Shown in pieces: positions 7,986 through 16,718 of a stretch of DNA of 31,955 nt. Source of the DNA: an uncultured Gemmatimonadales bacterium (GTDB taxonomy: Bacteria; Gemmatimonadota; Gemmatimonadetes; Gemmatimonadales; GWC2-71-9). The stretch covers positions 1 to 31,955 of the forward strand of contig CAWGSK010000024.1 in the NCBI GenBank assembly GCA_963825055.1, given 5' to 3'. The notes under the pieces are model-generated. The model was given only the letters and a program-made list of their open reading frames with translations, ran no database searches and was not told where the DNA came from. Position 1 is the first letter of the stretch. The number at the start of each line of letters is the position of its first letter. A program made the translations under genes and the position numbers.

Positions 7986-9884
7986 TCACGGCTGGTTCTG
8001 CTGGAACCAGGTTGCCACGTCGAACCCGACCGGGTCGATCTCGTAATACCGGTTCTTGGTGAACCGTCCAGTCGTCGGATAGTACGGCGGCGGCTGGTCC
8101 ACGCCGCAGTGGTCGTAGGTGTCCTGCTCGGCCCACCCGGAGGAGCCGGAGTAGGTGGCGGCGATGCCCTGCTGGATCGAGCCACCGATCATCTTCTTGC
8201 AGCCGCGGGTCGTGCCGCCGCAGTTCTCCGGCGATACCACCGATTCGCCGCTGGCGCCGATGTTCTCGCCGGTGAAGGCGCCCAGGGTCAGCATGAACCC
8301 GTGGATGAGTTCGTCGGGCGTGTCGTCGAACTGCACCGTCCAGCTGCTGTTCACCTTGAAAGGCGTATTGACACTGTTGTCGGCCACGGTGGCATCGTCC
8401 GGGGTCAGCAGGCCCAGGATGTCGGCGCACGTCGTGTTCGGCGGCGTGACGTAGGTGATGTCGTCATCGATCATGACCTGACCGGTGGAGACCAGGGTAA
8501 CCCGGCCGCGTATAGTCCCGCTGACGCCGACGGAGCCCGAGACATAGATGACGCCCTTGAAGTTGGGGTTCATCGCCCGGCTCAGCGGGATCATGGTGAG
8601 CGCCACCGCGCCGGCGTTCGCGACGTTGGTGACCCCCTGGGTCACGAGCGCTGCGGAGATGGTCGCGTTGGGCGTGCCGCCCCAGCCCGCCCAGGTCTGC
8701 CAGGCGCCGTAGGCATTGGCGACCCGCGCGAGTGAATCCGGTTCCAGGAACCGGTCACCCCCCAGGTAGCAGCGGCGGCTCGCGCTGGCGAGCGCCGTCC
8801 GCACGGCATTCCGGGCGTTGGTGGTGCCCTGGCCGTAGAAGGCGACGATCGAGTCCGCGGTGTACCAGTCGGTGACGCCGCCCAGCGTCACCGTGCCGCC
8901 GCAGTTGGCGGAGTTGAAGTTGGGGTCGGTCGAGCTGCTGGTGCCGCCGGGCCAGCTGTAGCCGCCCGGATAGGCCCATTTCCGGCCATTGGCATAGGCA
9001 CGGTTCCGCTGCTTGACGTAGCCGCTCCCGGTCTGGTCCGCCTTGAAGATCCGGAAGAAGCCTTCGTTGGCGTCGGTGACGTCCCCGTCGTTGTTGAGAT
9101 CCAGCGGGACAAACTCGATCCGGGTATCCGGATCGAATGCGCCGAGGGTCCCGTCCCCGGTGAAGTCAGTGTTACCCGCCTGGGCATAGATCTGCATCGC
9201 CGTCAGGGTCGCTGTGGTCGGGAACGTGATGGGCGGCGCACTCGTGGTGATGCCGCCGTTCCAGTTCCCCTGGTTCTGGTTACTGACACTGGCTGCCACG
9301 ACGGATACAGGCCCCCAGAAGGTGGCGCCGGGCTGGCCACCCCGGCTTTGCACGGCCATGCCCTGGTTGGAGTGCAGGGGCCCGAAGATGACTTCCTGGT
9401 TGCCCCACATGCAGCAGGACCAGGTATTGAAAAACCGGGCAAATCGGCTGAACGGATCCTGCTTGAGCTGGATCCGGCGGACCACCACGGCGCCACGGGC
9501 GTTGCTGATGACCGAGATGGCACTGGCGAAAATGCCGAACTGCCCCGTGCTGTCCCCGGAGCGGCCTGCGTAGACAGAACGGGTGAAGCCCGGAATCACG
9601 TTGCCGTAGGCGTCACGCACGACGGCGTTGAGCTGGAGCGTGTCGAACGCGCCCGGTCCGTTGGGCAGCAGGGCCGGCGTGCCGTTCAGGGTATCACGCG
9701 CCCACTCGAGGCCGCCATCGGCGGCACCTTCCATCATCGCCTCGGTCGCATGGAACTTGGTGATGAGGTTGGTGTTGCTGGACATGATAATGACGCCCAC
9801 GGCCATACCGGTGACCATGAGGGCCAGCAGCACAGTGAGGATGAGGGCGACGCCACGCTCGTTCAGCTTCGGATACTTGCGCAT
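7986..9884 (-). CDS. Large PilX/GspK-like minor pilin with extended C-terminal domain
   Basis: Class III signal ERG|VALILTVLLALMV lacking Glu5 (a PilX hallmark), then EGAADGGLEWA. 632 aa with a Gly/Thr/Asn/Cys-rich C-terminal part. Last gene of the pilin cluster. Confidence 0.8.
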   Translation of the reverse strand: MRKYPKLNERGVALILTVLLALMVTGMAVGVIIMSSNTNLITKFHATEAMMEGAADGGLEWARDTLNGTPALLPNGPGAFDTLQLNAVVRDAYGNVIPGFTRSVYAGRSGDSTGQFGIFASAISVISNARGAVVVRRIQLKQDPFSRFARFFNTWSCCMWGNQEVIFGPLHSNQGMAVQSRGGQPGATFWGPVSVVAASVSNQNQGNWNGGITTSAPPITFPTTATLTAMQIYAQAGNTDFTGDGTLGAFDPDTRIEFVPLDLNNDGDVTDANEGFFRIFKADQTGSGYVKQRNRAYANGRKWAYPGGYSWPGGTSSSTDPNFNSANCGGTVTLGGVTDWYTADSIVAFYGQGTTNARNAVRTALASASRRCYLGGDRFLEPDSLARVANAYGAWQTWAGWGGTPNATISAALVTQGVTNVANAGAVALTMIPLSRAMNPNFKGVIYVSGSVGVSGTIRGRVTLVSTGQVMIDDDITYVTPPNTTCADILGLLTPDDATVADNSVNTPFKVNSSWTVQFDDTPDELIHGFMLTLGAFTGENIGASGESVVSPENCGGTTRGCKKMIGGSIQQGIAATYSGSSGWAEQDTYDHCGVDQPPPYYPTTGRFTKNRYYEIDPVGFDVATWFQQNQP

Positions 9885-9915
9885 GATCCTGCTCCTGGTC
9901 CGTGGTCCTGCACGC

Positions 9916-11088
9916 CTACGGGTTCACGAGGGTCGGGGCGCTGATGGACAGGCTGGATTCCGTCGGGGAACAGTCCTGTGCCGCCACGCCGTATTCATAG
10001 ATCTGGCCGACCACGAGCCCCTGGCCGACCGTGATGTCGTAACTGGGCTGTCCGGCCGCCACGGACTGGAACGGGAGCCAGGTCGGCGAGCCGACGAGCC
10101 GGTAGTACACGTTGTACTGGGACACGTCCGTCTCGCCCGAGGTCTCGTCGACCGACGGGTTCCACTGGAGCCGCACCGTCGGGGGCGTGGTCGGCGCATT
10201 GGGGGTGGCGATCACCGCCGACGTGAAGATGGGCTGGTCGCCGCAGGTCTTGAGCTGGACCAGGCCGTTGTTCGGCGTCCCGATCATGGTGGAGACGAGG
10301 CGGGCCGTGGAGTCCGTCCCGTCCGCGTTGGTCACCATGAAATTCACCCGCACGACCCGGATGCTGTCCGCGAGCGCCGAGGCCGCGGTGTCCGCCGGGC
10401 TGCCGTGCCAGCCGGCCGTATGGCGGAATGGCACTCGAGCGGCGGCGAGCTGCGTGGACACCACCGTGCCGGCCGCGGTCGAGCTGTCGTACCAGAACTC
10501 GAAGAATGGACGCCCGGGGTATGGATAGATGTTCCGGGCGACCTGTTCCGGCGGCATGACATTCACCTGCTGCAGCAGCAGGAAGTCGTTCGGGTCCGGC
10601 GTGGTCGAGTCAGGACGGAAGTAGAACATCATCGTCTCCGCCTGGCTCGGCGTGCCCGCGCCCCAGAAATAGTTGGAGTCCGGATATTGGGTCGCGGTCC
10701 CGGGGATGGTCAGCTTGGCGTTGTTCCGCATGCTGGATACTGCCCCGGCCGGAACATCAGGGTTGATGTAGAGCGCCGTTCCGTCGGGAACCACGGCCGC
10801 ATAGTTCGTGTTGAACAGGATCGTGGTGTTCGACCCGTACACGAACATCGGCTGGTTGGCCGCGACCCCTGCACCGGTGGTCCGGAGCACCCGGTCGATC
10901 GTGCTCACGGCATAACGCATGTTCTGCATCATCTCCATGCGGGTGCCTCCCCGCCTGAAGTTGATGCTCTGCGAGCGCATCATCGTCAGGGCGCTGCCCA
11001 TCACGATCCCCATGACCACCAGGGCCACCAGCAGCTCGACCAGAGTGAAGCCGGTCCGTTCGTCGTGTGCGCGCAGGATCGTCGTCAT
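9916..11088 (-). CDS. PilW-like minor pilin with C-terminal fibronectin type III-like domain
   Basis: TG|FTLVELLVAL prepilin motif. C-terminal VRLQWNPS...SQYNVYYR...GLVVGQIYEYGVAAQD is an FN3 pattern. Confidence 0.85.
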   Translation of the reverse strand: MTTILRAHDERTGFTLVELLVALVVMGIVMGSALTMMRSQSINFRRGGTRMEMMQNMRYAVSTIDRVLRTTGAGVAANQPMFVYGSNTTILFNTNYAAVVPDGTALYINPDVPAGAVSSMRNNAKLTIPGTATQYPDSNYFWGAGTPSQAETMMFYFRPDSTTPDPNDFLLLQQVNVMPPEQVARNIYPYPGRPFFEFWYDSSTAAGTVVSTQLAAARVPFRHTAGWHGSPADTAASALADSIRVVRVNFMVTNADGTDSTARLVSTMIGTPNNGLVQLKTCGDQPIFTSAVIATPNAPTTPPTVRLQWNPSVDETSGETDVSQYNVYYRLVGSPTWLPFQSVAAGQPSYDITVGQGLVVGQIYEYGVAAQDCSPTESSLSISAPTLVNP

Positions 11089-11468
11089 GGGGCCGCCACT
11101 ACGATGGTGATATTGACCGGCGGGCCCATCGTGGGCTCCGACACCGTCACGGTGATCGTCGTATAGTCGCGCCGGGGGTTGTTGCCCGTCGTGCGGAGCA
11201 CCCGGGTGGTCCGGGTCATGTTCGGATAGCCGGAGAAGCCGGTCACCGTGTTGTTGTTGTACGTCGCGACCAGCGTCGTGTAGCTGGTGTTGGCGCGGAT
11301 GATCTCGGCCTGTTCCTGCGCCACGGCGGTCGCGACCGTCTTGGCGTTCGATGTCCCGACGGTATGGAGGAAGGAGCCCACGAACCGGCCCAGCCCCAGC
11401 GCCACCACGGACAGAATGACGATGGCGACGAGCACTTCCACCAGGGTGAACCCGCGCTGCGTGCGCAT
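11085..11468 (-). CDS. PilV-like minor pilin
   Basis: RG|FTLVEVLVAIVIL, A..VAQEQAE and a C-terminal ITVTVS strand. 127 aa, translationally coupled to both neighbours. Confidence 0.88.
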   Translation of the reverse strand: MRTQRGFTLVEVLVAIVILSVVALGLGRFVGSFLHTVGTSNAKTVATAVAQEQAEIIRANTSYTTLVATYNNNTVTGFSGYPNMTRTTRVLRTTGNNPRRDYTTITVTVSEPTMGPPVNITIVVAAP

Positions 11469-12079
11469 CAGTTGCCTCGCTTCCAGGTGCTCGACGCGTA
11501 GGTGTACCAGACGACCCGACCGCTGGAGCGGATGATCTCGCCCGCGCGGACGCCGTTGGTGGACCCGGCGGCGAGGCCCTTCACGGTGTTCAGATAGAAG
11601 CCGCCCGCCTCGCTGGCGGAACCGTCCCGACGGAACGCGACTACGGGGAGCCCCGCCTGCGTCTGGGTGAAGTTGACCGTGGCCAGTCCCTGGGTGCCGT
11701 TGGTGTAGGTAACCGGGGGGGCGGCGCCGATGCCGAACGTCACGCCCTCTTCCAGGTTGGTGTAGGTCACGCGCTCGCCGGCCTCGATCACGCCGTTGTT
11801 GTTCCGGTCCTCGTGTACCCGGAGCCGGCGGTTGGGCTGGTCGACCGCCACCCGGATGTCATGCTGGAGGGTGACCGCGAGCCGCTGGGAATAGCTCAGG
11901 GTCGCGGTGATCCCCCGGACGGCGGAGTTCACCCGATACCCTTCCAGGTTGAGACGGGGAATGGCGATCGCGCTGACCAGGCCGATGACGGCCACGACGG
12001 TCAGGAGCTCGATGAGCGTGAACCCCGCGCGGCGTGCGGCGCGGCCGGTGCACCGTATTGCGTATGTGGTGTGGATCAT
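11468..12079 (-). CDS. FimT/FimU/GspH-like minor pilin
   Basis: AG|FTLIELLTVVAVIGLVSAIAIP, DRNNNGVIEAGE, FRRDGS and SSGRV. ATG at 12079 with GGGAG 5 nt upstream. Confidence 0.88.
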   Translation of the reverse strand: MIHTTYAIRCTGRAARRAGFTLIELLTVVAVIGLVSAIAIPRLNLEGYRVNSAVRGITATLSYSQRLAVTLQHDIRVAVDQPNRRLRVHEDRNNNGVIEAGERVTYTNLEEGVTFGIGAAPPVTYTNGTQGLATVNFTQTQAGLPVVAFRRDGSASEAGGFYLNTVKGLAAGSTNGVRAGEIIRSSGRVVWYTYASSTWKRGN

Positions 12080-12086
12080 GTCTGCT

Positions 12087-12162
12087 CCCAGGCAGCCGGG
12101 CAATCTCGGGGAGACCCCTGGCTTTGCGCCCCGCCGTCGCCGGCGGTTAGCTCTTTTCTGGA
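12087..12162 (-). ncRNA. GEMM-I cyclic-dinucleotide riboswitch (c-di-GMP-I family), A20 variant, candidate 3',3'-cGAMP sensor
   Basis: Minus strand reads UCCAG AAAAGA GCUAA CCGCCG GCGA CGGCGG GGCGC AAAGCC AGGGGUCUC CCC GAGAUUGCCC GGCU GC CUGGG. P1, the GNRA-capped P2, GCAAAGCC, P3 and the A47/C92 equivalents are all present. Confidence 0.88.
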
Positions 12163-12246
12163 CGCCCGTTCCGTTCCTAGGGTGAACGACCGGGCAAGGG
12201 CCGCCCTGGCCGGGGCCGGGTGCGGGCGCGATAGACCTGACTGATT

Positions 12247-12263
12247 TGCAAGTTCCAAGCCCG
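12247..12263 (-). promoter_or_regulatory. Putative sigma54 (-24/-12) promoter of the minor-pilin operon
   Basis: Minus strand CGGGC-TTGGAAC-TTGCA has GG-N10-GC spacing and lies just upstream of the riboswitch. Confidence 0.5.
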
Positions 12264-12381
12264 ACCCTGGACAGCGGAACAAGCCCAATGAGGCCAGGGG
12301 GTTGGCAGTGACTCGGGACGGGCCCGGGCGTTCGTTGCGATCGCACCTTGCTGGAGAGGTGGCGGCCCGCTATGCCGTTCC

Positions 12382-12410
12382 TTGCAGTGGTATTGACCCC
12401 CCTCTATGTT
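12382..12410 (+). promoter_or_regulatory. Putative sigma70 promoter of glyQS
   Basis: TTGCAG-N17-TATGTT, 44 nt before the ATG at 12455. Confidence 0.4.
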
Positions 12411-12454
12411 CCGCCCCGAGCCACTTCCGACCCTTACCGGGACACCGGCACGGC

Positions 12455-13789
12455 ATGACCGATACCAAGCGCATGGAGAAACTCGTGTCGCTCGCAAAGC
12501 GACGCGGATTCGTCTTCCAGTCCTCCGAGATCTACGGCGGGCTCGGCTCGGTCTGGGACTATGGCCCTCTCGGCGTCGAACTCAAGCGGAACGTGAAGGA
12601 GCGCTGGTGGCAGGCGATGGTCCATGCCCGTGATGACATCGAAGGCCTCGATGCCGCCATACTGATGCACCCGAAGGTCTGGGAGGCCTCCGGGCACGTC
12701 TCCGGCTTCACCGACCCTCTGGTGGACTGCCGCCAGTGCAAGAACCGTTTCCGTGCGGACGACCCCCGGATCAAGGGCACCCCGGGCGAGCCCGATGCGC
12801 AGTGCCCCGTCTGCGGCAGCCGGGGCACGCTGACCGCGCCCCGGCTCTTCAACCTCATGTTCAAGACCTTCATGGGGCCGGTGGAGGAGGACGCCGCGGT
12901 GGTGTACCTGCGGCCGGAGACGGCGCAGGGCATCTACGTGAATTACCTGAACGTGCTGCAGGCGAGCCGCCAGCGCGTCCCGTTCGGGATCGCGCAGATC
13001 GGGAAGGCGTTCCGCAACGAGATCACGCCCGGGAACTTCATCTTCCGCACCCGCGAATTCGAGCAGATGGAGATGCAGTTCTTCGTCAAGCCCGGCGAGG
13101 ACATGGCGTGGTTCGAGCGCTGGCGGGAATGGCGCATGGCGTGGCACCACGGACTCGGCCTGTCGCCCGAACGCCTCCGCTGGCACGAGCACGGCCCCGA
13201 CGAACTCGCCCACTACGCCCGCGCGGCTTACGATATCGAGTATGAGTTTCCCTTCGGCTGGAACGAGATCGAAGGCATCCACAACCGGGGGGATTTCGAC
13301 CTCTCCCGCCACCAGGAGCACTCCGGGAAGAAGCTGGAGTACTTCGACCAGGCGGCCAACGAGCGGTATCTCCCGTTCGTTGTGGAGACGTCGGCGGGCG
13401 CGGATCGGGTCACCCTCACCGTGCTGGTGGATGCATATCGCGAGGAGGAAGTGGCGGGCGAGACCCGGGTGGTCATGGGGTTCCATCCCGTCCTCGCCCC
13501 CATCAAGGCCGGCGTCTTCCCCCTGGTAAAAAAGGACGGCATGCCTGAGCGTGCCGACCGGGTCTACCAGGCCCTCCGCCGGCGGATGCCCGTATTCTAC
13601 GACGACAGCGGGGCCATCGGCCGCCGATACCGGCGGATGGACGAGGCCGGCACTCCGTTCTGCATCACTATCGACGGTGACACCCTCGCCGGCGGCGAGG
13701 TCACCGTGCGCGAGCGCGACTCGATGGCCCAGGTCCGGGTCAGCGAGGACACGCTGGCGGCCTACCTGCAGGAGCGGCTCGCCGACTGA
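12455..13789 (+). CDS. glyQS: Glycine--tRNA ligase, alpha2 homodimeric type
   Basis: [52 protein letters not shown] and [14 protein letters not shown]. Confidence 0.96.
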   Translation: MTDTKRMEKLVSLAKRRGFVFQSSEIYGGLGSVWDYGPLGVELKRNVKERWWQAMVHARDDIEGLDAAILMHPKVWEASGHVSGFTDPLVDCRQCKNRFRADDPRIKGTPGEPDAQCPVCGSRGTLTAPRLFNLMFKTFMGPVEEDAAVVYLRPETAQGIYVNYLNVLQASRQRVPFGIAQIGKAFRNEITPGNFIFRTREFEQMEMQFFVKPGEDMAWFERWREWRMAWHHGLGLSPERLRWHEHGPDELAHYARAAYDIEYEFPFGWNEIEGIHNRGDFDLSRHQEHSGKKLEYFDQAANERYLPFVVETSAGADRVTLTVLVDAYREEEVAGETRVVMGFHPVLAPIKAGVFPLVKKDGMPERADRVYQALRRRMPVFYDDSGAIGRRYRRMDEAGTPFCITIDGDTLAGGEVTVRERDSMAQVRVSEDTLAAYLQERLAD

Positions 13790-13824
13790 CACCACCGGCG
13801 GGCGCCCTGCGTCCGGGACACCAC

Positions 13825-15123
13825 ATGTCACGCCAGAAACCCAAGAGTACGCGCATCGGCCGACGGGAGCTCCACCCCGAAAGCCTGATGATGAGCTACG
13901 GCTTCGATCCACGGCTTTCCGAAGGCGCCCTCAAGTGCCCCATCTTCCAGACCTCCACGTTCGTCTTCGAGTCGGCTGAAGCCGGAAAGGCATTCTTCGA
14001 GGTCGCCTATGGCCTGCGCGACGCCGCACCCGACGAGCAGCCGGGCCTCATCTACAGCCGGCTCAACAACCCGGACCTGGAGGTGCTGGAGGACCGGCTC
14101 TCCCTCTGGGACCGCGCGGAGGGCTGCGCGGTGTTCGAGAGCGGGATGGCGGCCATCACGACCAGCCTCCTTTCCTTCATCCGGCCCGGCGATGTCGTGC
14201 TCCACAGCGAGCCGGTATACGGCGGGAGCGACCACTTCATCAATCATGTCCTGCCGCGCTTCGGGGTGACACCGGTGGGCTTCCAGGCGGGCCAGCCCAT
14301 CGCGGACCTGGAACCGGACCTTCTCGCCGCGATCGACCGGCGCCCCGTCGCCGCCATCCTGGTGGAGACACCGGCCAACCCGACCAACGACCTGGTCGAC
14401 ATCGCCGCCGTGGCGGCGTTCCGGGACCGGCTCGCTATCGGCGACCGCGTCCCGGTGCTGATGGTGGACAACACGTTCCTCGGCCCGCTCTGGCAGAGCC
14501 CGCTCGCCCACGGCGCCGACCTGGTGATCTACTCCGCCACCAAGTTCATCGGGGGCCACAGCGACGTGATCGCCGGTGCCGTCCTCGGCCGGCACGAAGT
14601 GCTCCAGCCGGTGCGGGTGATGCGCACCTTCATGGGCACCATGGCCGGGCCCTGGACCGGCTGGCTCCTGCTCCGGAGCCTCGAGACGCTGAAGATGCGG
14701 ATGACCGCGGCCATGAAGAACGCGCGCTACGTTGCCGACTTCCTGGGCGACCACCCGATGGTCGAGCGCGTGCACTACCTGGGCGACCTCACGGAGGAGC
14801 ATCCGATGTACGAGGTCTACCGCCGCCAGTGCCGGGCACCCGGGTCACTGATCTCGTTCGAGGTCCGGGGCGGCCAGCCCGCCGCCTTCCGGCTGCTGAA
14901 CGCCCTCCAGCTGGTGAAGCTGGCCGTGAGCCTCGGGGGGACCGAGTCCCTCGCGGAACACCCGGCCTCGATGACCCACGCGGACGTTCCCCCGGAGGAC
15001 CAGGCGCGGATGGGGATTTCCGCCGGCATGGTGCGCCTCTCGGTGGGCGTCGAGCATTTTGATGACATCATCGTCGACCTGGCCCAGGCCCTCGATGCGG
15101 CCGGGGGCACGGGCACCGGCTGA
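13825..15123 (+). CDS. Cys/Met-metabolism PLP-dependent enzyme (cystathionine gamma-synthase / methionine gamma-lyase family)
   Basis: PIFQTSTF, YSRLNNP, FESGMAAI, ETPANPT, VDNTF, SATKFIGGHSD (PLP lysine) and AVSLGGTESL. Confidence 0.92.
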   Translation: MSRQKPKSTRIGRRELHPESLMMSYGFDPRLSEGALKCPIFQTSTFVFESAEAGKAFFEVAYGLRDAAPDEQPGLIYSRLNNPDLEVLEDRLSLWDRAEGCAVFESGMAAITTSLLSFIRPGDVVLHSEPVYGGSDHFINHVLPRFGVTPVGFQAGQPIADLEPDLLAAIDRRPVAAILVETPANPTNDLVDIAAVAAFRDRLAIGDRVPVLMVDNTFLGPLWQSPLAHGADLVIYSATKFIGGHSDVIAGAVLGRHEVLQPVRVMRTFMGTMAGPWTGWLLLRSLETLKMRMTAAMKNARYVADFLGDHPMVERVHYLGDLTEEHPMYEVYRRQCRAPGSLISFEVRGGQPAAFRLLNALQLVKLAVSLGGTESLAEHPASMTHADVPPEDQARMGISAGMVRLSVGVEHFDDIIVDLAQALDAAGGTGTG

Positions 15124-15131
15124 GCCGCCCC

Positions 15132-15842
15132 ATGCGCCTCCGCGACTTCGACCGGATGGTCCAGACGATGGTCCGGGAGATTCCCGGCGAGTTCCTGAGG
15201 GACGTCACCGAGGTAACGGTGTCGCGGGCAGCCCGACCGCATCCATCCCGGGAAGGCGTCTTCACGCTGGGAGAATGCGAGACCATCGCGGTGGGCAATG
15301 TCGCCGTGGAGGGTGCCGGCGGGGAGGTGCCCGCCCGCATCATTCTTTACCACGGCAGCTTCGAGGCGCTGGCGCGCGGCCGTGGCAACTTCGACTGGGA
15401 AGCGGAAGCGTGGGAAACACTGACCCACGAGATCCGGCACCATCTCGAATGGAATGCGGGTGAGGCCAGGCTCGAGGAATTCGACATGGCCGCGGAGGAG
15501 AACTTTGCGCGCCATGACGGCGAGGGAAGGGATCCCGCCTTCTTCCTGGGTGGCGAGCCGGTCGGCGAGGGCGCATGGCGCATCGACGACGACGTCTTCC
15601 TCGACCACGTGGTGCGCCGGGTTCCGCGGTCGGCCAGGTTTCACTGGGCTGGCGCTACGTGGACGATGCCCCTTCCGGAGGGGACGAGGCTGCCTGCCTG
15701 GGTATCGGTCCAGGGTGTGGATGATCCCCCGCCGGGCGAACTGGTGCTGGTCTTCCGGCGGCGTCCCGGGTGGCGCGATCTGCTTTTTCCCCCCTCGATC
15801 ACGCGGCTGACAGGCAAGGCCCGCCGGGTTAGAGGTCCGTAA
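15132..15842 (+). CDS. Zincin-like metallopeptidase domain protein
   Basis: LGE...IILYHGSF...TLTHEIRHH (HExxH) is typical of minimal zincins, followed by an uncharacterised C-terminal extension. Confidence 0.7.
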   Translation: MRLRDFDRMVQTMVREIPGEFLRDVTEVTVSRAARPHPSREGVFTLGECETIAVGNVAVEGAGGEVPARIILYHGSFEALARGRGNFDWEAEAWETLTHEIRHHLEWNAGEARLEEFDMAAEENFARHDGEGRDPAFFLGGEPVGEGAWRIDDDVFLDHVVRRVPRSARFHWAGATWTMPLPEGTRLPAWVSVQGVDDPPPGELVLVFRRRPGWRDLLFPPSITRLTGKARRVRGP

Positions 15843-15922
15843 GAGACTGGGGCTGGCAGTCGCGGTATATTTCGTCGCAACCCCGGCCCTGTATGACCGG
15901 GTTCCCGTTGAGGAGAGAGTTC

Positions 15923-16195
15923 ATGAAGGTCCAGGAATGCCGCACCACCATGTCCGGGGATGAGGTCCTGTCCCGCGTCAAGTCCTTCTTCGCCGAACGG
16001 GTCCCGCATATGGCGGCCTTCCCCGAGCGCGAGGGGCCGACGTGGCTCACCCTCCGCGGACAGGGAGGGGAAGAGGTCGCCCTGTCGGTCCATCCGGGGG
16101 AGGGCGAGACGGTGGTCCGAGCCAGTTCGCTGCTGTTCGGCCAGCAGATCTCGCGGTTCTTTTCTACCCTGCCGTCGCCTGCGGGGGTCGCATGA
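15923..16195 (+). CDS. Small hypothetical protein (90 aa)
   Basis: Strong RBS (AGGAGAG) before the ATG at 15923. ATGA overlap with the next gene. Confidence 0.7.
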   Translation: MKVQECRTTMSGDEVLSRVKSFFAERVPHMAAFPEREGPTWLTLRGQGGEEVALSVHPGEGETVVRASSLLFGQQISRFFSTLPSPAGVA

Positions 16196-16452
16196 GCGGC
16201 ACGCTTCCCCTTCGCGTCATGGTGCAGGATGCCTGGGAAGAGGTCGACCTCGAGGTGCCGGATACCACCACGGTGCAGGACTTGAAGCGGCAGGCCCTCG
16301 CCGGAGTCCGGATCCTGCGCGATCCCTCGCAGTACGTGGTCAAATACCGCGGGGCCCAGCTGATCGAGGAGGATCGCACTCTTGCCCAGCACCAGCTGGT
16401 GCCGAACGCGAATCTCATCGTGCTGGGGCGCTGGCGCCGTCCCGTTCGCTAG
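16192..16452 (+). CDS. Ubiquitin-like (beta-grasp, EsaB/YukD-like) protein, 86 aa
   Basis: LEVPDTTTVQDLK, YRGAQLIEEDRTLAQHQL and NANLIVLGR align by eye with ubiquitin LEVEPSDTIENVK, FAGKQLEDGRTLSDYNI and ESTLHLVLR. Confidence 0.75.
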   Translation: MSGTLPLRVMVQDAWEEVDLEVPDTTTVQDLKRQALAGVRILRDPSQYVVKYRGAQLIEEDRTLAQHQLVPNANLIVLGRWRRPVR

Positions 16453-16457
16453 AACCT

Positions 16458-16718
16458 GTGGCCGCGCCCTCCACCTTCAGCCGGGCGTTCACCGCCGTAG
16501 CTGCCGCCTTCCTCGCGCTCGACGGCCTGCTGCTGCTCGCCGCCGGAATCTGGACCGGACGGCCGTGGCTCCTGGTCTGGGGCGGCCTCTGCCTGCTGGC
16601 CGTCGGAGGGGTGGCTCTGGGCTGGCGCCGCTACCGGCGCATGCTCGATGAACTCGACGCCCACCGCGCGGCCCTGCACCGGGATATCAAGGATCTCCGC
16701 AATTCCCTCCGGCAGTGA
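16458..16718 (+). CDS. Small membrane protein (2 TM helices plus coiled-coil tail)
   Basis: GTG start, two hydrophobic segments and a charged helical C-terminus. GTGA overlap with the HDAC gene. Confidence 0.65.
   Translation: MAAPSTFSRAFTAVAAAFLALDGLLLLAAGIWTGRPWLLVWGGLCLLAVGGVALGWRRYRRMLDELDAHRAALHRDIKDLRNSLRQ

Noticed and set aside
7986..12079. Conductive e-pilin (Geobacter PilA-type) interpretation of the pilin genes
   Set aside because: These are long minor pilins with globular domains, not a short aromatic-dense major pilin. No major pilin is in the window.
12080..12346. N-terminal 89-aa extension of the FimT-like ORF in the track
   Set aside because: The region holds the riboswitch and promoter. 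The ATG at 12079 has an SD and gives a normal-length prepilin leader.
12347..12454. T-box leader for glyQS
   Set aside because: No AAGGTGGTACC-like T-box motif or terminator, and the leader is too short.
16192..16452. Bacterial ubiquitin-conjugation or antiphage (Bil/Bub/CBASS-type) system
   Set aside because: No C-terminal Gly-Gly, and no E1, E2, JAB or CD-NTase genes nearby.
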